A DNA stretch of 58,778 nt, the filler included, from Sphacelaria rigidula (taxonomy: Eukaryota), in NCBI GenBank assembly GCA_964200075.2. It is 9 parts of 9 records of this genome, joined end to end, with 100 filler letters (N's around TTAATTAATTAA, not from the genome) between each part and the next. Parts side by side here need not be neighbours in the genome. Positions count along the whole stretch, not along the records: positions 19,630 to 26,071 come from CAXNAA020020040.1; positions 26,172 to 32,613 come from CAXNAA020020041.1; positions 32,714 to 39,155 come from CAXNAA020020042.1; 6 more parts are not named here. One strand, 5' to 3'. A program made the position numbers and the translations under genes. Each line of letters opens with the position of its first letter. Positions within the stretch are counted from its first letter, which is position 1. Below, piece after piece: positions 23,879 through 36,655 of this stretch. A model generated the notes under the pieces. The model saw only the letters and a list, made by a program, of their open reading frames with translations. It did not search any database and was not told where the DNA came from.

Positions 23879-25227
23879 GTGAGGTTGGACAAACTCGAAC
23901 GGTTTTCTCCCGTCAGCGTAGCTTCTGTCAGCGTAGCTTCTGTCAGCGTAGGTTCCGCCATATGTTGGCGTACTGAGAAAGGACTAGAAGTACTCTAACG
24001 CTGCAGAGTAAAATGGGAAGATTGATAGTCGCAGTCTTGTCGATGTATCGTATTTCTCTGCTCTCAATGGCAAGAAAAGGAGAAGGCTTCAGGTCAGTCT
24101 AAGACAGGGAGAGATTCGTTCGGTAGTTCGCTGCTTGCTGCGACGCGAATAGAGGCAGCATAACTTGAGAAACACAAAAAAAAATGAGGATGGAACTATT
24201 TTTCGCACACCGAGTGACATGTGATATATCCAGCACTGGCTCGGCTACATCAATGTGGGCAACATGTGGGGGGGTTGGCTCGCTGTGAGCTGTAAGCTGG
24301 GGGCGCATTAGGGGTACAGCCAGTAGTACTCGACGATTGTATGTGAGGGCACTGAAGAGGGATGGTGTCTTGAAATTCTCGATTCTCCTTCACCAGGCCG
24401 AGGCGAGCACAAGTAAGCGCACACACGAGGTATGATCCTGCCATAACCAAACGCGCTTTACTGACACATGGACTACTTGCTTCCTGTTTATCTGTGGCTC
24501 ATACCACCGCGCGCTTACAGAGAGAGTGTTGTCCGCGATTTACCTTGTTCCTAGGGCCGCAGCTGAGAGATACATATCATCACGCAAGGCAAGCTTTATC
24601 GGCTGTGTACCTACGGTCCGTAGCCAGAAGAAAACGGGATTCACGAAGAATGACAACACCATCGACGTATGAGCTATATGAAATATAGGCTTGGGCCTCG
24701 AAGTGTCAGACTATCGTACCCCCACTCGACTTCTTGGGGCCTTCTGCAGTGCACAGTCGAACGCCCAGTGACCATGTGCTGCGCATCGTGAGATGTTCAG
24801 ACAGTACAGTACCGTATAGACCTGCAGACACATTTGTTTTAATGAGACCGGGTGAATGGGTACGGTCGGCTCAACACAATCAGCACACCGGAAAAAGCCA
24901 TGCCGTTGCATGTTAACTTGATGACTATTCGCGGGGGGGTTGATTGACGTTATTGGCGCTTCGTTCGTTCCGCTCGTGTGCCTCACAATTTTCATACGCT
25001 AACGCGCACAAAATACATGCACGCGTTTCTCTCAAACTTGTCTCTCGAGAAAAGCTCGATATTTTGATGTTGCTGTCGTTGTGACGGTGCCGCCCAGTTG
25101 TGCGACTGAAACATCCATTGACTCGAGCTACCATATACCGACATGAGTTGTGGTAGTCGTGGTATCTTGATGCTGTTCTGCAGCTTGGAATGAAAGCCTT
25201 TGCTGTGTGCAGAGGGAAAGCGGTAGC

Positions 25228-25228
<1 letters not shown>

Positions 25229-25274
<46 letters not shown>
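25229..25274. repeat. (AC)n microsatellite
   Basis: Directly visible. Confidence 0.95.
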
Positions 25275-25278
<4 letters not shown>

Positions 25279-27260
25279 TGTTGTGAACATGATGTGCTGA
25301 GGAAGCATATGATACGGGCATGGATCGCCAGCTCTCATGCAGTAGTTGCAAGGCCCGCCACTGCCCAGCTGCCAACGCTACGCTTGATTTTACGGCAATC
25401 TGTCGAGTGTCACAGGAGCTACGCCAGCTTCTTGTAGGTGCTGGGGCGGAAAAAAATGCCTTTTGCTGACTGACCGTAGGAAGTTACGTCATTGTGGACG
25501 GCACGTGTCACGGACAACACGTTGAGCTGCTGCTGTAGTTGAAAGAGGTCTCAGTCATACTTTATTCAAGTAGTCTGCATAGAGCACGAACTCTCGTACT
25601 GATTTCCTTAAATAGCAGGGTTGTGAATCGGAGCCGATTAACCTGATTCAATCGGACCGATTGAATCGATATCGGAATCGGAAAACGGGGCCGATGTTTC
25701 TTCCGATGTATAGCCGATGTACAGCCGATGTATGTTAACTAGGGTTTAAGAGGCTGTTACTGAAGCGCAGCAGCCTTCTACATCCACGGAAGGGAGCCTC
25801 TTTCGTACAGGACGCCGTATGCACATAGGTTTCATAGGTGGGAAGACACACAGAGGCACACATGACCCTGGGGACGAACACAGAACACACATGACCATGG
25901 GGACGAAAAACACAATATTCGTACAGGTGTGTGTGTGTGTGTGTGTTTGTTTTTGAATTTTGAATTTTTGTGTGACCCTTCAGCACCGCAGTCGGTGCGC
26001 ACACCACGCCGCGTGCCTATTGCTTGATCATGAGCCAAGAAGTGTCCACGGGCCGACAGCAACCCACAACANNNNNNNNNNNNNNNNNNNNNNNNNNNNN
26101 NNNNNNNNNNNNNNNTTAATTAATTAANNNNNNNNNNNNNNNNNNNNNNNNNNNNNNNNNNNNNNNNNNNNTCACCCTCTCCCCCCCCCACCCCCCCCCC
26201 GCCCCAACCCACAAAGCCAAGCGCCAAAAACGTCCCCCCCCCCCCCCCCCCCCACCCCTGTCTCCCCCTCCAGAACGGTGCATGGGCGCCATGGTACCAA
26301 TGGTTATATTGACAACGAAGACACACCACAATCGGGTGACAAGTGAACGGGAACACCCTTGACTGCACGCGCTTGCATTCACTAGTGTTTCCGTCGACCC
26401 GCCATTAGTCGTGCAACTCAAGCAGTCAGAGCATTGAGTACGGGTACGCAAAACAGCGAGCACGTCGGTTGGCATTCCCTCACGATCGCGTGCCCACAAT
26501 CGTCTTCGTGGACGTTGGCACAGGAAGAATGTGTGTGTCTAAACACCGCTAAGAACATTGGCTTCTCAACAGCACACAAGCCTGTCGAACACTGGCACGA
26601 AATCATCTCTCCCGCGCCACTTTTTCCGTGAAAAAAGCACCGAGCGGGCGGTCCGGAGAAATTTTGGAAGTACACGAATCTACCGTAGCCAATATTGCCC
26701 TGGAAAAGCCCAGTCCTCGATAACGCCGAGAAAAAACTCGATTCACACGGGAAAACCTCGGCAGTAATGCCGTACACACCGCTCAATACATCGCCACTGC
26801 ACCGGAGGGCGAGGGATTCGAACAGTCAGAACAACGAATAAACGGCATATACTGCCATAGGTCTGAGCTTGCGTCGACAGTAACTAGCTCCAGATGAAAT
26901 ATCGACATGGTGCCACCCAGCCTAATAACCACACCGCACCCGTCTCTCCACTGTCGCGAACATCGACTTGGTTCCTCACGTAAATACTACTCCCACCAGC
27001 CGTGGACCTGTACCTAGAGTAACGCTGAATGCACTTTTGTCTTTGACCCCGCGTCTGTTGGTCGGGCTGAATGGGAGAGGTTCAAAAGCCCTGAGCTGAC
27101 TCGTCAACGACGTCTATGTTCGAATAATAAGTATTCTTGAGTGACCTTTATCATCTTGACTCGAACAGCATGAACATTCCGATTTTTTTCGCGCTCCAGC
27201 GCGAAACTACGAGTTTTTTCTCTGAAGACGTACTCTATCCAGACACTTTTTTTGTGTATA

Positions 27261-27828
27261 TTTTGACCTCAGTTTGTATCTTTGCATCGTCAACACACGA
27301 TTAGCTTTCTTCTCTCATGGCCTTTTCTTAGTCTACTCTGACTGTCTGTACCACATGTTCCTGGGTTTTTTTTTTTCACTTTTCTTCAGCGAATGTTCTC
27401 ATTTCGTTTGATCTCGGGTACATCAATCATGTGGATATTGACTTTGGCTGGATGATGACTCCTGTGGGATCAGTTAAGGCGCGACAATGAATCAAAGTCA
27501 AATAAACGAAAGTCAAATCAACCATCAATTGAAATCGAATCAATATTATTTGACTTCAGTTTGCATCTTTGCATCGTCAACACACAATTTGTTTTCTTCT
27601 CTCATGGCCTTTTCTTAGTCTACTCTGACTGTCTGTACCACATTTTCCTGGTTTTTTTTTCACTTTTCTTCAGCGAATGTTCTCATTTTGTTTGATCTCG
27701 GGTACGTCAATTATGTGGACATTGACTATCACTGGATCATGACTCCTGTGTGATCAGTTAAGGCGCGACAGTAAATCAAAGTCAAATAAACGAAAGTCAA
27801 ATCAACCATCAATTGAAATCGAATCAAT
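27261..27828 (+). repeat. Tandem duplication of a ~288-bp unit resembling a LINE 3' UTR
   Basis: Two copies, each ending GATCAGTTAAGGCGCGACA plus an AATCA-rich tail. Related ends occur at 57100-57155 (+) and 58165-58225 (-). Confidence 0.85.
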
Positions 27829-28441
27829 CGTTGTTCATGTCATAATAATAGAGCCGCTCAGTTGCATTGCTACTTTGTAGCACACGGGGGATGCCTTTGA
27901 AAAATCATCATATTTGCGGTTTGTTCTATTAGATCCCGTTTCGAAATGCATTGATAGTGGAAGCTCGTATGTACAATCCACCCAGTGTCTTGGCGAAAAA
28001 TGAATCCCGTTCAACAAACTACAGTAGTGCGAAATGACCAGCCAAAAGGGACCAACTTGGCGTCGACGAGAAAAAAAACAGAAGCGGGGTATTTTTTCAC
28101 GATAGATTACTCTAGTATTTCCTCCATTTTCCCCGGGGTAGGGCACCGTAGGTTTTAAAATTGGAGATCGAAGAAGGCCGAAGCGCACACGATGAACGAT
28201 GGGGCAAAGTGACCGAAGGGCAGAAGGCTGTCAAGTGGTGGGGGGGGGGCGTATTTGAAAGCACCGTATCCTTGGGCGTTGACGCATGGGCGCCTGTCTG
28301 TCTGCCCGCAAGTTTGATGTGCACACTCTCGGTGGGTGTGAAACTTACCGAAACTCTGTCCAACGTGTGACGAGTATTGAAGGCACGTTTTTATATCCGG
28401 GTTCAGCTGAATTGCGTGAGCAAGAGGGCATCACGTCAACA

Positions 28442-28666
28442 GAGAGTTTCGGAAAGTGGTGTCTCGCCTTGCAGTCAGAGCGGAAAAACCTCAGAGGCTT
28501 AGGTTTTGAAGGTTCAAAGCGTGTGTCGTCATCGCATCTCATCCTGGACGCCAGTCTACACCTGGTGTAATGACTGACGACACACACTCTGAACCTTTAA
28601 AGGTTTTCACTCTACACTTCTTCCACTTTGACTCTGGGGCGAGCAAACATTTTCCGAACTTCTCTC
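28442..28666. mobile_element. MITE with GAGAGTTTCGGAAA TIRs and an internal hairpin
   Basis: Termini match 5708/17022. Internal inverted repeat AAGGTTCAAAGCGTGTGTCGTCA / TGACGACACACACTCTGAACCTT. Confidence 0.6.
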
Positions 28667-29249
28667 ATGGTGAAAAAACGTGTCATGAAAACATACTTCG
28701 CCCCGTCTATCGCGCAGCTATCTAGCGCGCAGCTGTATTGTTCAAGTATCTCGTTTTTTCTTCTGTTGTCCCTATGGCCGTAGACACCTCGCGAAAGGCC
28801 TCAAAAGGCGGGCGAAACCAAAATCGACACGGCTTCAGTTTCGGGCTCCAATACCGTCGGGTCTAAGATAATCGACAGCCGAAAATAAGTCATCGGTTTT
28901 GTTTCGTTGGCCCTGACATCGCCAGCTGATCCTCCATGATTATATCCGAAAAACTTGTGTGAATATTGCAATCCCTATATTGATGCCGACACATGTTGCT
29001 GCACGGTTGTGTTCGTGGGCATCTCGCAACACGCCTACAACCCTATAGGTTACGTTCAATGCACAACATGGCAATTTGGTTTTCATTTTGGACGTGGTTC
29101 ACGTACTGGAACTCCTTGATGGAAGTCTGGGCTCTCACGAGTTCAGTTTAAGGTGGATCAAAAGTGAAAAAAGAACGTATACGCCTGCCGCTGGTACGGT
29201 ATACTAATCACCGCATTGAGGACGCAATGCTTCTACAAAGGCTGGCTAC

Positions 29250-30400
29250 CGCGGGTGCTGTGTCGGCGCTCTAGTTGTTGAGCCTAGGTTCGTGGATGCG
29301 TAGCAGTAGTGTCGAGCACACGCAAGTTGATTGCCGTAGAGGGACGGAGTCTATCGTTGGGCCCCAGACAGCTAGTAGGCTTCCTGTTAGCCTTGAGGAA
29401 TGGATGGGCTCTCTTGTATGTTGTACAGGGGACCGGAATAGCGAGACCCCAGGGAAGCCTGAGACATGCTTCCATGATCTAGGTACTGAGTGCAGCTATG
29501 TATCACTGGTGGGAAATTATCACACGGGGTACAATTTTTCGTTGTCTTGAACTCCGCAAAACGCGTGTACTTACATACACTCCTTTTCGCCCGTGTTCTG
29601 TTGTCTCCCTCCCCGCAAAATGTCTGAAGAGTCTGTCGATGAGCCTGGATCGCGGACAGAGGATCTGTTTCGTGAAGCTTCCTGCGGCTGGACCAAGTAC
29701 TATACGGAACATTCGGTTCTTCAAAAAGTGTGGGAAATTTACCAGTCCGACTACGCTCACTTGGGGTGGTACGACATCGACGTTTGGAAATCTAGACTCA
29801 GCGCTTGCTTGGAAGTGGGGTGATATACTCTATGTGGTCCTGGGCGGTGCTGGGTGGCGGGGAGAATTAAGTGGCTCGTTTGTTGTGTCAACTTACGAGC
29901 TATTGGCCCTGCTACGGTTCTCGCTCTCAGCTGTATACCCCTTGTTTTGTATAGTCGTGGAAGTGCTTACTACAGCTTGCTGCTCACATCAAATATGTAC
30001 TTAGCATGCTCTCTTTGGTTTTCCCAACCCCTCACGGGCTGTCAATTAAGGTCCGGGGTCCGCCCGCCATTGCTGCTGCTTATCCCAGAGGGAGGGGGTC
30101 GGGGGATAGCGGAGCGGCGTTGGCCGAAGTTGGTTGGATGTCGAGGTCGTTTCAGAAAAGGTAGCTCAGTGAAAAGGCTATTGCAGACGACGCAATAGGG
30201 TGCCATAATTTTGTTTGTGCGGAGGGGTTGGGGTGAGGGAAGAATGTGGTCCATGGACGCTCCGGCGAGAGTCCCTTGTGGTCCTCCTGTGTTAGTATTG
30301 CTCATCATGTTTTTCTGAAAAGTGGTGCCGATTATTCCTGGATTCCTCGAGTTCTTGCGGTTCTTGTACATCAAGTTTGGTGACCGATCGGATGTCGTTT
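29250..30400 (-). mobile_element. Possible heavily deleted LTR-retrotransposon relic
   Basis: Weak zinc-knuckle-like YCVVCNSL near 30190 and chromodomain-like YSTWSSRRKL near 29690. No intact ORF. Confidence 0.3.
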
Positions 30401-30427
30401 TCGCCCGGAATATAGATATATGTAGTA

Positions 30428-31192
30428 TAACAAGGCTCCCCTTCAGGAGGTTGGTACGGGTCTTCCGGGGGTGACGCAAGTAGGAAATGTATGATTAACA
30501 GAGGCGGCTGTATCTCAATGTACAGTAGTGATCGTGGCTGTACAAAAGATCGCATGTCTTATCGGATGGTACCTCCGGATAAGGTTCACGAACTTGAGTG
30601 ACACGGATGTGAAGGTTGTACAATTGTTGGGCGGCAACAATTTCGATATGTGTGACATATGCGTATGGATGCGACATGAGCTGAAGATATTGTTGAACGC
30701 CATTATACGTTTGGCCAGCGTAGGGCATGTGTAGTATTCCCGAGGTACCAGAGTGCCAAGTAGCTCTCGTGCCACAGAGACATGGCAGCGGGAGGCACTT
30801 CCGGAGAAATTGGAATGCGTTGGACATTCTTGGCATGTTCTTCGTCACTCGGGAGCAGCCCACAATGAGTTGATTCATTTTCTGGTATCGCCACTTCCAG
30901 AGACAGCCACGGCTCATACGCTGCCTCATGAGTGTCTCGCCATTTAAACACTACGTGGTACGATCACAGTACGGAGTTGAGGTTCTCTCACGCCGCACAA
31001 CATGATCAAGCTCGACTACCATCATGGTTGCCGCAAATCAAAACGCGAGCGCGCGAATTAAAGAATCGGAAATCTGGTTGCCTAGCTGACGCAGTGAGTG
31101 GCGTGTTTCATAGCGGCATCGCCAACCGACGTCAACCCCATCGGCGGTCCGCCCCTACAAAGCCGAGACAGAGCTCGCCGGATTCTTGCCGA
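30428..31192 (-). mobile_element. Non-autonomous retroposon with a LINE-like 3' end
   Basis: 30440-30840 is homologous to 36345-36655. 30850-31190 is homologous to 51220-51560 and, inverted, to 19440-19529. It ends in an AT-rich tail. Confidence 0.7.
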
Positions 31193-31202
31193 ACCATGTG
31201 GA

Positions 31203-31370
31203 GGGGGGGGGGCGTACTCATTTGTTGCTTGCCTTAGTCATTTGACCATTGACCACGCATCCCTTTCGAGACGGAGCACCGTGACCATGTGGAGGGGGGG
31301 CGTAGTCATTTGTTGCTTGCCTTACAGAGTCATTTGGCCATTTACAACGGATCTCTTCCGCGAGGTGAAG
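31203..31370 (-). mobile_element. Two nested 3' ends of the poly(C)-ended retroposon
   Basis: Both units are preceded by ACCATGTGGAGGGGGGG (31193 and 31284), consistent with a target duplication. Confidence 0.75.
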
Positions 31371-32999
31371 CATCATTATTCCTATTCCTAGTAGACATCT
31401 CCGACATTTGTGCGGCCGTTACATTTTTCTCATTCGCCACTATATACCAGCTACAACATGAGGCGAAAGTGACGCGATAGAGACGTTTTTGGTATTTTTT
31501 GGTATAACGGCGACTCCCACGAGCAGGGGAATAGTGTGGCATGACCATGTTTTTTCTTGCACCCTTAACTTTGTCGTGGCGCTGATAGTGACAATATTTC
31601 TCGGCCACTCAGGGGCTTTCAAATTTCTCTGAAAAAAATAATAACGCAAATTCTCGACCCAACAATTTGTACCCCATCTTGTCACGAATCCAAGCTTTTT
31701 AACTGCCATCAGCCTGGAAATCTAACGGGGGAAAAAGATGTAGGACCGGTTTGTAGGGATCGAGTTATACTCCCAAAATGTGGTATATCGGTGATGTGGG
31801 ATTCCGGCGTCGTCGGATTTCCACTGATTTTGTATGCATCGAAGACCCAGAAAGCCTCTTGACGTTTTCCCTCATGATAGGTCTCGTACGAAAGCTCCGA
31901 TTGTCCTCGAAATCGGCAGTTTGGTAGATATGGGCACTTCGAATAAAGAAAAAAGAAGCGTTGAAGACGATGTCGAAGCTAATCCGCTCTCTATCGGCTT
32001 CCGGGGATCTCAGTGAAGAACCCCAGAAGCTGGTACAGATTGCTTGAAAATAAATAGTTCAAAAGTTAAACTTCGACTCGCCCCAAGGTAATCGAAGGAA
32101 CGTTTGCACGAATTTTCGTCGCGCAACTGCAAAAACGCTGATTCCAAACGGTCGATATAAGCTCAAGACCACAAGGACAACGTCGGTAGCATACTACGAT
32201 ATAATAACCAAGTGATTATGAGGATTCCGCGTGTACACATTGGTATACTTTACGCACATACGGGCGATTACTCACGCCTTTTTTCCGCGTTATACCCTGA
32301 AATGTTGCACACGGGTGCCCTAGGCTGTATGGATAGGTAATTTTTCTTGTTCGCCAGATATCCGGGGTCCCAGGATGGAGGCGGTTTGACCCGTGTGCAA
32401 AATATTTGAAGGTGTATAACTAAAAAGAATGCCGTGCATAATCGCTGGGAAGAACAAGTCCGGTCGTCCACCCCGAACCGCACCCTGTGTGGAGTTTCTC
32501 AAGGTTCATCCTAAAAAAAACACCTTTAATTCGTAAAACCCCGTGTGCCCCCCCTCACCTCTAGACTCTTGGGTTGGCGTCGAGTGGCAACGGCGCTGTA
32601 AAACAAGCCACCANNNNNNNNNNNNNNNNNNNNNNNNNNNNNNNNNNNNNNNNNNNNTTAATTAATTAANNNNNNNNNNNNNNNNNNNNNNNNNNNNNNN
32701 NNNNNNNNNNNNNGATGCGTGGTCAATGGTCAAATGACTAAGGCAAGCAACAAATGAGTACGCCTCCCCCCTCTTCACCACTGTAGCTATAGTTGTTCGT
32801 GAATGTTGTATTTTTTTAACTGCGTCACCATCTGGAGAAAAAAAACATTGTGTGGAGTATATATGCGAGACACACCAGAAAATAATGACACGGTCGATTA
32901 CTTAGCGAAGCAATACGGAATCATACGAGCATGCTGAAGCCGGTTGCCCTTCCCACCCCCCTTCCCCAGCTCCGAACCTTTAGAGAATGAAGCTAGCAC

Positions 33000-33341
33000 C
33001 TGGTGGCAGAAAAATCGGTGGTCGGAGGCCTCAAGAAACGCATACCCTGGAGAAGCAGACGCTACGTTTCCATCACCAGTCGTCATTACTCTCTTCTCTG
33101 CTACGGGCGGGCTTCCCTTGGCGGACGCGTTGATATAGTCGTCGTTATTCTTGTCAGATGGTGGGCTGAGAATAGGGCCACCGATGAATCTGTTTGCGCT
33201 GACTATCGTTTCTCCCTTGTGAACCCTGGACCACGTGAAGTACAGCGCTGTGGAGCCAGTGTTGCGCACGATGACTGCGGATTGTGTTATATCGTCCGCT
33301 CCCGCGTTGGTCTCGATCAGCAGGAATTTCGGGGAAATTAT
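33000..33341 (-). CDS. MYCBPAP: MYCBP-associated protein (MYCBPAP/FAP147)-like, exon d
   Basis: cccaaag|ATA...CAC CAG|gtgcta, 342 nt. LLIETNAG...VIVRNTGSTALYFTWSRV...RFFC resembles the conserved family block (V-x-N-x-G-x-T-A-x-Y-x-x-W). Confidence 0.7.
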
Positions 33342-33391
33342 CTTTGGGTTATCAGCAGAGGAAGTCGTCCAAACATTGTCGTCGGTGTCGG

Positions 33392-33544
<153 letters not shown>

Positions 33545-33952
33545 TTCAAGTGAGCCGAGCGGATCATTGCCGAACATAGAGTACAAGGGTCCACGATGCG
33601 CGGTTTCGAGAGACGCGACGAAGAAGGACATGTGAAGGAGCTTGACCGCGCTGAGAACAAGTCAGTAGAACTAACGATCATATCCATGCTGGCAGTGCTC
33701 TTGTTCGCTAAGTCGGTGTTACGCAATGCTGTACCGAGCCGATATGTGATGTCAAGTTTGTGTGCACGAGTTCCATGCAGATAGTCGGTGTTTGATGTGT
33801 TGAAGCTGCAGCAATACGAGAACCACGTACTTCACACCGATGAAATTTGACGGTGGGGAAAAAGCGGGAGGTGTGGCTATGGACCCTTAGGAAATAGGAA
33901 ACTAGCCCCCCTCGGTGAATCCAAGCAAAAAAGCGTCTCATCAAGCGCTTAC

Positions 33953-34069
33953 CTCCATTGCTGGGCCCGAGCGTGATCGGCGAGGGGGTATTATATCAAA
34001 TTCGTTCTCGTTCTCGTCGATCTCTCCTGCCTCCGTGTTCTCAAGCTCTCGTAGTTGGGCAAGCTCAGA
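33953..34069 (-). CDS. MYCBPAP: MYCBPAP-like, exon c
   Basis: ttccag|TCT...ATG GAG|gtaagc, 117 nt, phase 0/0. SELAQLRELE...SGPAME. Confidence 0.7.
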
Positions 34070-34579
34070 CTGGAACGCGAACGTCGACGAGAGGAAAACA
34101 ATCACTGCGAAGTACCAAAACATGAAACATTTCTAGCGAACAAAACGTTTTTCGTTTTCGCCAAAGCGTTCCCCCCGACAGGCGTGCGCACATCCGGGGA
34201 GGTGTGAACCTATTCCCTCATAGCTTGAACGTATTGAGAATCAACCACTGCAGGCGACGGATCGGAGGCAAAGCAAAATCAGACGGAGCTTCAAATGACA
34301 TGCTCGCAAGATTGCTCGGGAAATCACTATGCTCAATAGCCAGGTCTCGATTCATGGATGGTTTGAATCAAGTGTCCTTGATGCAGCAGCTCTCAGACGT
34401 AGATGTAATTGCTTTCATGAACGAAGGTTTGTAGGTGCTGCGAGGGAACAGATCGTCCTGTAGATCTGTACAAAACACGCTCGGAAATCGGCTCTCAATC
34501 TCCGAAGACACGTTGGTACATATCCTGGTTGTGCTGGACGGTTTCGGCGCCGACCGCCGCTGTGCTGCGATATTCTCAC

Positions 34580-34668
34580 CTCTAGTTCCTGGATGTGGCG
34601 AAGTTCGAAGTAGTCTTTGCTTGACGACGCGGCCCATTCCAGCAGATCGTGTCCTCGTACGAGGAGAC
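34580..34668 (-). CDS. MYCBPAP: MYCBPAP-like, exon b
   Basis: acgtag|GT CTC...GAG|gtgaga, 89 nt, phase 1/0. GLLVRGHDLLEWA. Confidence 0.7.
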
Positions 34669-36040
34669 CTACGTACGACACATAACTCTAAAGATAAAAC
34701 AGACAGCTCGATACTTATATATTTGTATATAGACACAATGCTTGCCAGACTGAGTGGCGAATACGTTTCTCTAGTATGAAGTGGTCAGCCGAATGGCGTT
34801 CTTTCCCGCTTATCTTCATCGCGCGTTAGAACAAACACGAATATATCAGAATCCATTCAGCCGCTAATTGAAACCTGATAGGACTCATAAGTCCCAGATA
34901 ACGAGGTTTGGAGTGCCAGGTTGAGAAAACGGCATGTACTGTATGCGGGCCCGGGAGAGCACGCGCTTGCAAGGTTTCGACGTCAAAACGGAGAGTAATG
35001 TAAGCGCCCTCTTGAGTTTTCCCAGGAGGTCGCGTGTCCTACGCCGGGTTGCGCAGTACTGCGTTGTAAAGTTTCCCTCTTACTGCTCGACGGCCGAAGT
35101 GAAACCAAAGTGAAATGATCGACTTTATTTCCTCCATCTTGTGTCAATTTTCAGCAGCTCGTTCTTCCTATGCGATCACACTTTCATCTTGTGCATCCTG
35201 TTCGAGTGCGTCTTCAAGGTTTGGTTTTTGTGTCATGCATATTTTTCACATGTTCGGCCTCACTCGCGTTACCGACACAGCCCGTGCAACATACTCTCAG
35301 CTTGAATAAGCAATGGGGGAAAAACGAGGGACCTTCGTACTGTGCTTTCCCGCCCCTCCCCCCTTGTTCCATAGCAAACGACGACTTTCAAAAACGGATA
35401 GGGAATGGATGTGCGGTTACGAGTATTGGTGAGTAGTTAGTGTATCATGGGATAATCGATATTTTCGGCAGTCGATACCCCGGGTTGGCCCTGGGGTGTT
35501 CGATACTGCAAACCGCCTGGACACCCAGCGCACCATGGTGCACGGTACCCTACCCGAACCAGCGTTGGAGGTTTGCGCCATGAACCAAACTTTTTGATTT
35601 CGCGTCTATTACAATACCCTTGCCTCGTGCTAGGTCCCGAATTTCCCTTCAGAATATAATGTATGTGGAACGGATCTGATGATGACGTTCCGCGAACATG
35701 TCAAGGGGGGTGAACAATACTAAGCCCGCGATCAAATACTGAGCGAATTAGACTCGGGCATTTGTGAAAGAGTGTTATCGTTTCAGTAGGATATTTTGGA
35801 CCTCTGGTATGTTCTTCTCTGGTTGCGGCAAATACGATGCGAAAGTTCTGTGGTAAAACACTACCCTTTAATAACGTTGAGAACATACGAACTAAAGATG
35901 AGCACAATCAAGTTTCTAAAGTGTGATGAGGATATATCTAGGCGGTTGAACAACTTGCAGGAATTCTTACATCTGCTGCTTTTACAGAGTGCGTCGCCCA
36001 GCTCCCGATACAGCTACCTAGTTTCATTCGCGGCACCTAC

Positions 36041-36294
36041 CTCCCGTATCTTCAGCGTCGAGATTTGCAGGTCTCAATTTCTCCAACGCCGGTGCAAGTT
36101 GCTTCTGGCGACGAGCCAGAGCCGTGCTGTTGCGCCAGGTGCGCTTGCGGGTTACGTCCGCGGCACGACCCGTGGGCTTGCGGACCGTTCTCGATGGCGG
36201 TACCCGCTCGTCGAGGGCGCAACAAAGGCCGCTGAATATGTTGCCCACGTTACACACGCGCGCGCCGTAGCCACGTAGTGACATCACCCAGTAC
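36041..36294 (-). CDS. MYCBPAP: MYCBPAP-like, exon a
   Basis: tcatag|G TAC TGG...GGA G|gtaggt, phase 2/1. YWVMSLRGYGARVCNVGNIFSGL...TWRNS. Phases join exons a-d into one open frame. Confidence 0.7.
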
Positions 36295-36344
36295 CTATGA
36301 TGTCGGAGCACGTAGGACCGGATCGCAGAGAATATGTAATATAT

Positions 36345-36655
36345 ACAAGGTTTCCCTTCGGGAGGTTGGTACGGGCCTCCTAGGGGTGACGCAAGTCAAA
36401 AATATATGGTTAAGAGAGGCCGTTGTATCTCAATGTATAGTAGTGATCGTAGCTCTACAAAAAATCGCATGTGTTATCGGATGTCGTTCGAAAATATGGG
36501 AATTCGGACGGAGGCCGACGGCGGAACCGCCGGCGTTGGACATTGTGGAATTTCCGAGGTGCCAGAGTGGGAAGTAGCTCTCGTGCCACAAAGACATAAC
36601 AGCAGGAGGCACTCCCGAAAGATTGGAATGCGTGGGATATTCTTGGCATGTTCTC
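36345..36655 (-). mobile_element. Truncated copy of the 30428-30840 retroposon 3' part
   Basis: Shared GGAGGTTGGTACGGG...GGGGTGACGCAAGT...GTAGCTCTCGTGCCACA. Confidence 0.75.

Noticed and set aside
31100..31283. HDV-like ribozyme in the poly(C) family or its shared 5' module
   Set aside because: Some hairpins and a CTAA or CGAT linker are present, but I could not assemble P1/P3/L3 in the required order, and the pairings are not conserved between copies.
34900..35310. Apparent pseudogenic coding stretch inside the MYCBPAP-like gene
   Set aside because: It has multiple stops, and the flanking exons splice in phase without it, so it is treated as intron.
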